Source: Rhynchobatus australiae
Taxonomy: Eukaryota
DNA length: 63,968 nucleotides
Direction of reading: 5' to 3'
Assembly: GCA_034780895.1 (NCBI GenBank)
Contig: JAUZTB010000107.1
Span: forward strand, 22,665,683-22,729,650
The translations under genes and the position numbers were made by a program. How positions within the stretch are numbered: the stretch's first letter is position 1; every line of letters begins with the position of its first letter. Shown one piece after another: positions 52,501-63,968 of this stretch. A model generated the notes under the pieces. It searched no databases and was not told where the DNA came from. It saw only the letters and a program-made list of their open reading frames with translations.

Positions 52501-53740
52501 AAGAAGTGAATCCAAAATATTACTTTAAATACTTTTGGATTAAGACAAGAAGACATGGATTCCAACTTGCGAACTGATATCAGGAAGCTTTTCTTGATAA
52601 CATAATGAACACTTTGATTACAGGTTCACTCAGATTGGACAATGCAAAATTTGGACACATATAAAAGACAATCAGATATTGCAATGATGAGGGCTGGTAC
52701 TGAGGGATGATGAACCAAGGGTATTGTGGTTGGATGAACTCATTGCTATATTAGAGCTTGTGATCATAGCTGACCAGGGCTCCCTGATATCAAGAGAAAG
52801 ATTCCACCACCCACAATCAGAAAATACTACTGATCATTTCACCACTGTCACTTTCAAGCAACTGATGTTCCACTCCCTGTTGTGGATAGTTAGAAAAAAA
52901 TCAGAAGATGTGCACAACAGCAATGTGTTTCATTCACATGTGAGAGCAATAAGAACCTGAAATTTCGAGGACCTGAGAACATGTAAAAAGGTTAAATTGT
53001 GAATTGTAGAACTCTTTGAGGGACAGAACTCATTGGCAATATCCTTTCCTGCTACATAAGATGCAAAAGCCCCTTTCTATTAAGCAAGTTCTGAGAACAT
53101 GCCCACATTCAAACCAAAAACAAGGCAACCGTAGGTGGAGACCTTGACATCTGAGTCTGAACTTATGGAAGGTATGATGGATCTGATGTGGATGTGGTGA
53201 TGGCATGATTGGCAGAGAGATAGACAACTACAGTAATCAGACAAACATGCAGTGGTAAATGCAAAGTTCCTAACTTAGAACATATACATGCAACCTGCTA
53301 GTAGGACTGAAACAAGGGTTCTATCCAAATTATGTTAAGTTATTGAAAAAAATTCTAATATCCAGAATCTCATCTGCATTGTATTTTTTCAGGATTCATC
53401 CTTCATGCAAAAGTGCTCTACAAATTTTGTAATATTACATTCTTAATCACAATTTTTAAATAATCGTCCTTCACCTCTCCTTTCCACCTTTTGTTTATAA
53501 TGCCTTCGGCTATTCCTTCACTTTAACTTCTATTAAAAACAAAATAAGCTCAAGTTCAGTTGTCCTCTATTATTTTAGTCTGTATCGTTCTTTCCACTAT
53601 ATTGTTTTTGCTGCATTTTCACACTCAGTAGAACCTGCTCCTTGCATCTCAACCTGCTGCTGGTAATAACTTTGTGGTGATCATAATTTATGTGATTATG
53701 CACAATTATTTGAAGGAAAAGCTATTAATCCATTATGCCA

Positions 53741-53840
53741 ATCCTGATGAAGAGTCTTAACCCAAAACATTGACTGTTTATTTCCCTCCATAGATGCTGA
53801 CTGACCTACTGAGTTCCTCCAGCATTTTGTGTGTTGTTGT
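53741..53840 (+). mobile_element. Penelope-type terminal repeat copy
   Basis: cCTGATGAagagtcttaacccAAAACattgac...gatgctgactgacctactgagttcctccagcattttgtgt. Confidence 0.6.
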
Positions 53841-54142
53841 TAAAGGTTTAAATTCAGGGCATTATTGGACTACCAGCNNNNNNNNNNNNNNNNNNNNNNN
53901 NNNNNNNNNNNNNNNNNNNNNNNNNNNNNNNNNNNNNNNNNNNNNNNNNNNNNNNNNNNNNNNNNNNNNNNNNAAAAGTATTAAGCAAAAATTCAGTGCA
54001 ATGACTGATGATGTCACTGCAGAACTGACAGAATGGTAAAGTTTGCAGGTTTCTTAAAGAGATGGCATGCTAATCTCTGCAAACCATGAGCACCACGGCA
54101 CTAATAACTCCTGAAGAGGTAAAATTACATTTGTTGACTGAC

Positions 54143-54739
54143 CTTTGTACAGAAAGCTCTCCAACCAAAGTTTTAATCCAGTCAGGTGACAGTCACACTT
54201 CCACTGGTTTTTCTCGAACAAAAGTACTTGCAGATTTGACAATGAATCCAACAGGGACCTGCTGATTTGACGAAGTTGGTTTTGATGCATAGCAAGCCAG
54301 GTCAGATTCTTTTGGTTCTTGAACAAACCCTCAGGCAAATTAGTAAGATTATTAAATGATAAATCCAGTTGTTTGAGGTTTCCAGTTGAATGAAGGACTT
54401 TGTTGCCAATGTAGTTGATTGAGTTATTTGCAAGGTTTAGGATGAGAAGATTATGCAGTCCATCAAATATATTTGGTGATAAACTTGAAATAATGTTGTT
54501 GGACAAGTCTAAAATTTGTAGCTGAGACATACCGGTGAATGCAGTGTTTGATATTGTATGAATATGATTATTCTGTAAGTATAGAATTTCTGTGTTAAGA
54601 GGAACATCTTTTGGAACCTCTGACAGTCCATTCCCTGTGCAGCTCACTTCTTTCAGAGTAATGTTGCATTGACATCTTTCTGGACATCCAGTAACTGAAT
54701 GTACAAATAAGAAAATGAGAATTCCCAAACCGATTTCAC
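54143..54739 (-). CDS. LRTM1: LRTM1 coding exon 2 (597 nt): signal peptide, LRRNT, ~6 LRRs, start of LRRCT
   Basis: ggatacag acceptor and AAAG|GTCAGT donor; CPERCQC..C N-cap; LxxLxLxxN repeats; NQWKCDCHLTGLKLWLESFLYK C-cap. Overlaps ORF 54054..54749. Confidence 0.95.
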
Positions 54740-56772
54740 CTGTATCCAATGAAAATAGGCAGCTGTAAATTCAGTTACCTGTTGAGTCAACTAAACAAAC
54801 TAATACAAGCGAAGCACAAAAGTGACTTAGGTTTCACTACAACTGTAATATTGTTGACTCGCGACATAACTAGGAGCATTATACTCCACAAAACATCAGA
54901 TGTGATGTGTCACTTTGATACATAGGCACCAATTATAGTCATACTTTCCTGTACTGGAATGTGAAATTGAGTGATGTGTTAAAGTAATGGCCATTTCAAA
55001 CCAATCTGTTCCCCATTGGGGCTGAGGTTTTAAATGGCTTGTGCTGTCAATTTCCACACTGTCACTATTTTGGTGTCATATAACCATAGAGCTGGAGCTC
55101 GAGTTGATGAAGGATGAAAAATTGCTCAGTGCAAAGACTGAGTAAAGTAAGTAGTAAAGATAGCTCAATGAGAAAAGTTTCATTTCACTTGGGTGCCAGT
55201 TGAGAATGAGGATTTTAAATGAGAGACAAGAGGCTTGCAACAAGATCTAATGCCCTATGGAGGAGCAAAGGCCAGAAGAGTAGCTTGATGATGCGACCTA
55301 CACTGGCAACTGACAGTCTGGGCATGGTAAATGGTAGAAGGTATATTCAGGTGTAGATGCTTCTCTTGGGAGGATGCTTCTCCCTCCTCAGAGGCCACAG
55401 TACCGATACAATGACCTGCAGGACAATGTTAAGGGAATGGACATTCTGGATCCTGCAGAGACCGTAGGCTGGAGTTAGTTGAACATTTAGAAGGCCTGTT
55501 GGCTTAACCCCAGTGGGGAGGTTGGGTGAGGAGTTCAGTGGGAGAGTGCGATGGCACAGTTGGGTCTGCTACTCAAACGGAAGCAACCTTGATGCTGCAA
55601 GTGACACAGAGGGATATGCTTGGCTTAGAGAGTCAAACCCAGAATGAAAACGGAAAAATAGGAAGGTCAAGGAGACTTGAAGGATTGGGTTATGGACTTG
55701 AGAGGACTGAAGGAGTGACACTTACAACACTCGAAAAGAAATATACACTGCAGATTTGTATTTCTAATTTACTCAGAATGTAAAATGCTTAACTCCAACT
55801 ATTGTTAAAAAAAGCATTCAAATTACAAACTTGATTCTTTTATGTAATATCTAAAAGTAGTAATGTTTTTTCTTGTTGAATGTTATTTAGAATAGTGCAT
55901 ATAAGCATATAAAGTTACATTTCTTAAATCATAACATGGAATAAAGGAATAGGATAAGATTTGTTGGATGTTCATTTCACTGCCGATTTGTAGTGAAGTG
56001 CTACTCTTTATTTGAGATGTTCAGATTTTTGCGACAAAATTTCATAACTGAGTAATAGTGACTTCAGTGTGCAAACAGTTCAACAATCTGTGGCAAAAAG
56101 AGGATGACCTTTAATTGATAATTTGATTAATGATTTGGTCTCACAAAAACGGGAGCATGCACAACTTCCCCACAAGATTAAAGAAATTGCTCCATCCACT
56201 AATTACGAATCAAATTGTTCACTGAAAATAAGGCCTAGCACTTAATGGCTCAAGTAGTCTTTTGAGGTCATGATTACGTTTCCAGCAAAGCCAAAAGTGC
56301 ACAAACTTGGATAGGATATAATTGAAGTTGTAGTGTATTGCTGGGATTTAAAATTTTACTATTTTGTCAGTTTTCCTTTGTGCCCTTCTCAATGAAATCT
56401 GTTTTTCTTTCTGGACCTGATTTGACTCTAATTCCCTCTATTTCCTTTTCCAGCATTTCTCTGTTTCTTTTTCAGCACTTAAATCTCATTAAGGAACTGA
56501 ACTGTTTGTCCTATTCTTCACTCCAAAATCCCTTTGTACCTGCTTTATCAATTTGTACTTCTAATTTGTGTTGCAATAAATGTTCAATCTATACTGTGAT
56601 AAACTCATAGGGTAGACTGCAAACTGGCCCAACCCAGCAAAACTTGGACCGGTGCTTTAGGTTCAATATTGATTTCAAAAACTAAATCAAGAGACAAACA
56701 TACAAGAGAGAAATTCTAAATGAGCATTTCCCAAAAATATATCAGATTAGGCATTTAAAACACAGCTCTTAC

Positions 56773-56779
56773 CTTTCAT
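56773..56779 (-). CDS. LRTM1: LRTM1 first coding exon segment (ATG AAA G)
   Basis: The minus strand reads acaATGAAAG|GTAAGA (A at -3, consensus donor). It splices in phase 1 to exon 2 to give MKGEIGLGIL..., matching the recalled MKGE start of LRTM1. Confidence 0.85.
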
Positions 56780-57079
56780 TGTTTGTATTTAGTCTTTTTT
56801 CTTTCCTTTCAGAAAGAATTGAACAAGTCCAGGTAGTTATACAACATAAAATCAACACACAGAATTTAATATTGATTTAGATTTCCACAGATAATGGTCT
56901 AGTGCTCCATTTGACTGCAAACTGTAGAGACGTTTGTTACCTCATGAAGTCATGCATCAGTTATTAACTGTGACCTCTGTAGGATACCTAGCTCTTACCG
57001 CATTAAACTATTTTTCCATAGTTTTTACACACAGTCGAGGCCAGGTTTCAAAGTCTCACAAACCATGCGAACAGTAGCT

Positions 57080-57105
57080 GTCAGCTTATAGAGGACAGCT
57101 GTGCC
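57080..57105 (-). promoter_or_regulatory. Candidate LRTM1 core promoter (TATA-like box plus E-box)
   Basis: Minus-strand TATAAG at 57090-57085 with CAGCTG at 57096-57101, about 305 nt upstream of the ATG. Motif evidence only. Confidence 0.25.
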
Positions 57106-58995
57106 TCACAAATCAAAATTTGACAGTTCAGGTTTTGCGTGTTTTTTTTTAATCTGCCTGAAGTTCAGGAGACAGAAATAAACCTGCCTTTTGAAATCCA
57201 GGGCAAATGTTAAATTCTTTGCACTGATTAGTCCTGCACTGATAAACTCTATGAGTTATATAAGATCATACCAGGTTTTCAATTTGCCAAGATCCTGATT
57301 CGAGGCAATGATGGGTGACCCAACATTTCAGTACAAGATGTCACGACTGCTCCTGTTGCTCTTCTGGAGATGGCATATCTTGCAGCATTCTGACACATTA
57401 GACCCAATTTTCATTTTTCTGAGCTGGTGTAAATCAGACAGGAGTACAGATAAAATAACTGGACTCTCCGATACAGTTTTGTTCCCACTGTGTCTCTACA
57501 TTGACTTGAATGTTTGAGCAATGTAGTATTGGGAAGATGCAGAGTGAAATGTTTGAGTAGGGGATGCAGTCCTATTTTAAATACGCAGATCAAGTCCTGA
57601 TTTGCAATATTGACGAGTGGCTTGCAGAGGCAGTGTCAGAACCTGAGGCTGACGAGGCCAAGAGGATCAACTGAAGATTTTTTTCAGGTTTTCAAGTGGG
57701 GCAGGGTAGCACCTCCAGGCCATGGTCCCCCTTTGTATCAGACTGTACTCTTTCTCCCAATCACTGTTGGATCGATCTATCCTCCAACCCTATTAATTTC
57801 AGTGATGACCTCTCTGTCTCCCACTACCAACCTGTGAGCCTCCCATAGCCCCAAGCACTTCCTTAACATTTGCTACTATGGATTATCCCCACCCATCTGA
57901 ACTTGCGATTTCCTTCCACTTGCTTAAGCTCCTGACTGAAGACAAGGCTGTTATTTTGCATACCCATAAGACAGGAGGCTTCAGCATCTTATTTCAGCTG
58001 GAAGGATTTCCTCATTGTAGGCCTTACAGGTTCTCCATGGAGCAAGTCACTTGTCCTCCCCACTACTTTACTGATATCAGGGCCTGTGCAGAAGGGAGAA
58101 ATGAAAATCTCTGCAGTTTAATTAATTTTACACTGGTATTATTCCATTCCAATCTTCTGTTTTGGATATATACCCTGTAAGCTATTATACCCATTTTCCC
58201 AGCAATATTAGCTTAACAGGCATCTCCAAGCAACTGGGAGACTGTGGTTCTCCCATCTATTCTATCCAAATTTAATTCTCCCTATGCAGATCAGACCTTG
58301 AAAGTAATCTGCTAAATTTTAAATGAGTGCATGTTGTATTTTTTAATTTAGGCTTGCCTACTTTTGCAGACCAGAATGTGTCTGTTGTCTGAGTCCTTGT
58401 TTGAAAGTCATTGAAAAACATTGTGTAATATTTAAGATTCTTAAAAAAACAAAGATTTGTAAAATGCCTGCTGCAGTACTAGCCTTTGTCGCATCCCTGG
58501 GTGTGTAGTTAGTGCGTCTGACAGGAAGCTACAGACTCTAACAAGATAAGGCAGACCAATATGACATTATTCCTCAAATTGCTTTGAAACTGACACCTTT
58601 CAGCCAGCACAAGATGATGAAAATCCCATTAATCTCTTTGGCAGCAAGAGGTTATCAGGCTAATTTTTTTATAAAAATACCACACTGCTAATGCTTCTTT
58701 CCACTCTCATACATCCCTTTCACTTTTGGTGTGTTCTGCACCCTAATGTGGGCACATGAATAGGTGGGTGTAGAAAGCTATCTGACCATTGTTCTAGAGT
58801 TGGATGGGGAGCAGCAGTGTAAAATTTTGCATTTGTCATCTTTATTTAGTTAATAAAGTAATCTATACCCTTCTTTGGAGGAAGGGAGATTTGAATTTAT
58901 TTTCAATAGAAGAAGTTGAAAGAATCTGCATATTTAGCTGGTAGTTGCATTTCAATAGGGACGTGTAGGAATTGAAATGATCATTATTCCTCATG

Positions 58996-59212
58996 TAAAT
59001 GCAAAATACTGCAAATGCTGGAAATTAGAAATAAAACTGAAAATGCTGGAGATACCCAGCAGGTTCAGCACTATCTGTGGAGTGAGAAGGATGGTTAATG
59101 TTTCATTTTTACTGAAAGGGCATCAGCCTGAAACATTAACTCTATTTCTCTCTCCACAGATGCTGCCTGGCCTGTGGAATGTTTCCAGCATTTTCTATTT
59201 TATTTCTTTTGT
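58996..59212. mobile_element. Fold-back element (Penelope-type ends)
   Basis: Inverted arms at about 59031-59105 and 59129-59206, each carrying GAAACATTAAC. Confidence 0.65.
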
Positions 59213-62200
59213 TTCTTACACTGAGTTTTTCCAACAAATCTACAAGCATGGTTCTGACTAGCCAAAATTTTTTATGGCACAACTTCTCATTTGAAACAGT
59301 ATACCAGAGTAATGAGTTGTAGTACCATCCCAGAAGCCAGATAGACATGTCCCAAATGTAAGATACCTTCCTTGTGGGAGTAATCTTCTGATTTGCCTCT
59401 AGGCCAGTGACACCTTTAATAATGATTCTCTTTATTCATTTCTTTGACAGTGGTACCTATGAAGCTGTGTGATATAATCTTTTTAGTTTCTTTGAATGTA
59501 CCTAGAAGCACACTGGTATTTTATAATAGGGCTGTGAATTTTCTAAAAAGAAGTATTATGCATTTAAATATCACCCTTTCAAATATTGCCAATGGCAGAA
59601 TCTGNNNNNNNNNNNNNNNNNNNNNNNNNNNNNNNNNNNNNNNNNNNNNNNNNNNNNNNNNNNNNNNNNNNNNNNNNNNNNNNNNNNNNNNNNNNNNNNN
59701 NNNNGGCAGAATCTGTGCTATGACATTGTATAATGTGTATTTTCCTGGACTGTAGAGTGAATGCTTGCCAATGACTGCCAATCTATCGTGTCTGAAGGAA
59801 CAAAGAGATTAATGGTGTTGGGTCATTTCCCAGTTGCATCAGCTCCTTTTGGTTACACAGCACTTCATTCTGAAATAAAAGATGCAGAATTGTTTGATTG
59901 AACCCCTCTTGTATTTTGTTGTTTATGTTTTTGAATATCACAGTTTTATTATAGAATTAATATTGTAAAGTTCCATTTCTGAGATGTTGTGGACTGCAGA
60001 CCATAAATTCACACATCTATTCAGTTATGTTTCCATTATGTTTTTAATAAGCAAGTTTTATCTTTGAGTTTCAGGATACTGATTTGTCATGCACAGTGAG
60101 CACAAGGGCACTTACTCTGATCTTTAACTGTTCCTTGGTGACTGCTCATTACTTTCATCTTCTCTAACTGTCATCAAAACTGCATTGCTGTTTACAGCAG
60201 GCGAAGCTCCAGGCTTCTTGTGTATCAGTTGCCTTGTCTGGTTTGCAGCTGCTCATCTCATGTTCTTGCTATAACTGGAAACCTGCACATGGATAAACCA
60301 TCCATGATTTCAATGCTAGAAATATTTGTCTGTCAGCAAACACTGCAGATTTGATTTCATTGCACGAGCAAAAAAACAACCTGAAAGTGATTGTATGAAT
60401 TTTTAAAACAACATAGGTTATTCAGATTAATATAAACACACTGCCCGTGAAATTGTGTGTTATATTCTTTGTAGTCCTTTGGGTGCACATAGAGATGCAT
60501 CAACATTTGAAATGGATTTTTAACACTACATTGAATAGCACTCAGGACAAATTAAAGCTAGTTACTCATTTTAATTGGAACACATTAGGATATAGTTACA
60601 TGGGATCCACTGGTGAAAACTCTTAGTGCATAATATTTTTGTCTAAAGACTTTCATCTTTTCCACTTGGTTGGCAAGCTGGCCATTTTTATACAGAACCC
60701 TCCTGATTTGTGTTTCCCATTATAACCAGTGGGAAAAAAGACCAATATCTTCAATAATGAGCCATCATTTTGGAGGCTGAAGTTGAAAATTACTTTCCTA
60801 TATCTTATTCCTTGATGGCATGTGTTAAGCCTCTAATCCATATCTTATGTACCATGTTATTCATTGATGATGTTAAGACCATCTCTAAGTATTATAACTT
60901 TAGTTCTGCAGTAACATTTTAATATACTGTTTGATAATTGATCAGAACAAATTTTGCATTGTGTGATTTTGATAAAGTAAAGAAAATTAAACTGAAATCC
61001 AAAAAAAAGCCAACAATATAGAAAATTCTTCTGAAAGAGCTCTGTTACATAACTTAGCTATGCTTCTCTCATTCAGTGCAAATGCATATTATGTTGTTAT
61101 AAACTGCATTTCTTTGATATAACTTTTAGCAGTAAATAATATTTAGATGTGTCACTGAATATTAGATATTTTCAGTCCACATTAGAGCATGATAGTGAAT
61201 TCTACTTCTGACCCTGGGGTCACAAGGTTGAACTGCAACCCAAACTCTTTAGCATATAATGGAGGATGAAACCTAGGTGCAGAATGAATATTGCACTGTT
61301 GGAGCGCTCACCTTTTAGGTGAGGTTCCACCTCCAAAGTATGTGAANNNNNNNNNNGGATTTTCCATTGCAGCACCAAGGGAGGCTTGGGGAGGGGTGGT
61401 ACACTTCTCTCTGGTATCCTGTCCAATATCTATTACTCAATTAATGTTATTTGGTGTTATCAGATTACCTTTTGTAGATTGATGATAAAAGAATTTATAT
61501 AATTGTAACTAAATTCCTTTCTTGTAATTCATTTCAAATACAACCTGTTGCAATTATCTCAAAACTTTGATCACCTTATTTTTTTTCTACTATTTTTGAA
61601 AGGTATTACTATATAGTTTTCTTCTGTCACTCTGGATATTTAGCCTTGCTTTCCTGTTACCTTTTTCCTATCTAGTTTTGGTCCAAGGAGATGGAAACAC
61701 AATGTGTGAATTCTCTTAGGTCTGCCATGGTCAGCTGATAAGTTCTTTCTGAATTAACCAGACTCCATTCCATAAAATGTACTGAGGAAATGAAAAGCTT
61801 GTAAAAGCACAGGCTTTGGAACTGTAATGATGCTGACTTAATGGTGCTAATAGAAGCTGTTATCCAGTATTTTGGAGAGTAGTGTTGGATCTTGTTACAT
61901 GTCCATGTACCCAAGGGGTGGTTGACATTCCAATTCCATAGCATGGATATAATCAAAGGCTTTCAAACAAAAAATCCTTTCATTGAAGGCCCTTATAAGA
62001 TCACTGTGGTTTTGGCATTTATCTTAAACACCATTACAGAGAAGTACGGCCTCTATAAACAAATACTGCAAACATTGCCAATTTTTGCAGATTATATCTC
62101 ATTTTCATTTGATATTAACCCACATAAATAAACAAATACCACAATTTAAACTTTGTACAAGGGAACCTCATGTTAAATGTCTGTACATTATCTTTGCTGA

Positions 62201-63968
62201 TAGTACTTTCTAAACTAAGAAATGTTCTTACTTTACAATGTGTTGAACTCTGAAAAAGATATGAGACATATGAGACTTAATCCCAGCTACATATGCAGGG
62301 GTAAAAAACTAAAAAAAAAATTGAGAAAAATATGCTTCATCCATCTGAAGTTCTGAAATATATTAAACCAGATGAAGTGCACTCCAGTGTTGGAAACTTA
62401 TCTCAGTGGTATAGAGAATTGACAAGGTTTGAAGCATTTGTTCATGTATTGGAAGATCTAACATGTTATCCAAAGGCAGTGCATCTTTGGAATTCTTTTC
62501 TGTTAGCCAATCACTTGGGCATTTCAGATGAGCATCAAGACCAAGTGTAGACTGTGGTCAAGTGGGGGCTGGAGGATAGAAGGTCTAGTTTTGACAAGAT
62601 TTGAGATTTATCCAGTTTGTCCTTATTCTTGGACTTGCATTATGAATTCATATTGGCACATTTATAATGGAACCTTATGAATACATATTGTCACATATAT
62701 AATGGAACCAATATAGACTTGCCATATATGTAAAACTAGAAACTTTGTTGACAGAAACATGCAATTATATTGTGACTACTTACAAAGCAAGCTTCCATTT
62801 AGAATTTGGGATGAAGTTTATAACAGGTGAGGTTTGNNNNNNNNNNNNNNNNNNNNNNNNNNNNTACCATCTTATGGACTTTAGGCTGTTACTATATATA
62901 GAAAATAATTATTGAACCTTTGACCTTTAACTTCAAAGAATGTTATACATTTCTATTATACAGGTAATGATTGGCAGGGCGATTATTTTTACAATGAATT
63001 TACTAAAGCGCTCACCTTTTACATCAAGACTGGGCAGGTATAGTCAGAGCAATCTTGCAATGTCCCAACATCTCTGTAAGGGTGATGAGGAGAAGTTTGG
63101 AAGTTTAGCCATACTTATTTGCTCAAAAAGATCCTGACAGTGGTACTTGGGTTTTCTGATAATGACATAGGTATATTTTTAGATCCTGCTAAATTTTACC
63201 CTCTCCTTATGAGATTTGCAATGATGTATATATCTTCTGACAACCTTTGATCATACACTTAGACCTGATCTGAAAGTGACATTGATACCCCTATGTTCCA
63301 TACTTCAGCTTGAGTTGATCTTATTGGGAAGAAGAGGAATATTTGGAAAGATGGAAGAGGCCCCAATTCTTTATCATATACCCTTCAAAATATTCCTGTA
63401 AAATTATGTTACAATCCCTCTTCTTTCAACAGGCTTCTTAAAATACTGTGTGCTTCTAAAAAATGCTATGTTCAGAAATATAGAGAACGAAAATGAGTCT
63501 ATATTTATGAGTCTGTGACCAGAATACTGAGGAGCAGTTTAGCAGAGCAAAGGCCCAAGACCAATCTACATGGAGATTCACCCCGAAAACTGGATCGAAT
63601 CATTTTTAAGTTGCTCTGGTGGCCCTGATGTGGATGGTGGTCTTGGTTAAGTTTTGACAAAAGGCTCCTATATTTGTGGCTCAAAAAAGCTGTTGGGAAA
63701 TGTGCTTGTACAAACTCTGAAAGATATCTTTAGCTTTAAAGAGGTCCAGGATGTCGTTCAAATTAAAACCCCCAAACTTCTGACATCCTGTTAATTGGGA
63801 AGTTGCCAGCATCAAAGGACCCATGGACAAACCTTGAATGGGTTGGCCCCCTTTGTTCCACCATCCATTGCTTTCCAGATGACATATCTGTAAGTCTTGT
63901 TAAAATACAATATTGGTAATGTTCCAGTATACATTGCATCAGGGCTCCCAATTGGAATCTGATTATAA

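Noticed and set aside
47262-54739. Alternative identity as LRTM2 in CACNA2D4
   Set aside because: The MKGE start, LRHAIAT and EEKE motifs, and the host exons (MVNRKTGKFSMEVKK, YYYTDIKGTPFS, ADHFPLWYR) fit recalled LRTM1/CACNA2D3 better
54740-54749. ORF-track start MDT of the LRR protein
   Set aside because: Non-ATG start in intron sequence upstream of the AG acceptor; the real start is probably at 56779
58960-58995. gtaggaattgaaatg (VGIEM) as the next CACNA2D3 exon
   Set aside because: Downstream codons do not continue as KLEFFQRKFW, and the sequence runs into a repeat
1-63968. CRISPR arrays, tRNA/rRNA genes, prokaryote-type or intact viral systems
   Set aside because: No regularly spaced repeat-spacer array, RNA gene or long intact non-host ORF seen; the window is eukaryotic exon/intron DNA

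Overview
AT-rich, repeat-dense vertebrate genomic DNA with many N gaps. The repeat content (CR1, RTE, Rex1/Babar- and L2-like LINEs, a V-SINE, Penelope-type fold-back ends) suggests a cartilaginous fish; this is inference. The + strand carries ten consecutive, phase-consistent coding exons (823 nt, 7643-36314) of the calcium-channel auxiliary subunit gene CACNA2D3, none of them reported in the ORF track. The following intron runs past the window end (>27 kb). It holds a complete antisense nested three-coding-exon gene, LRTM1 (56779-47262, - strand, 345 aa: signal peptide, LRR, TM), including a first exon with only 7 coding nt. Notable non-genic signals are: a dispersed fold-back repeat family with degenerate minimal hammerhead-ribozyme cores; a CpG-rich solo LTR with a 4-bp TSD and a dense cluster of promoter motifs; a 46-bp-stem intronic hairpin; and nested retroelement stacks. 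I see no clearly new biological system, and almost all other ORFs in the track are spurious. Gene and family names come from recalled sequences, not database searches.
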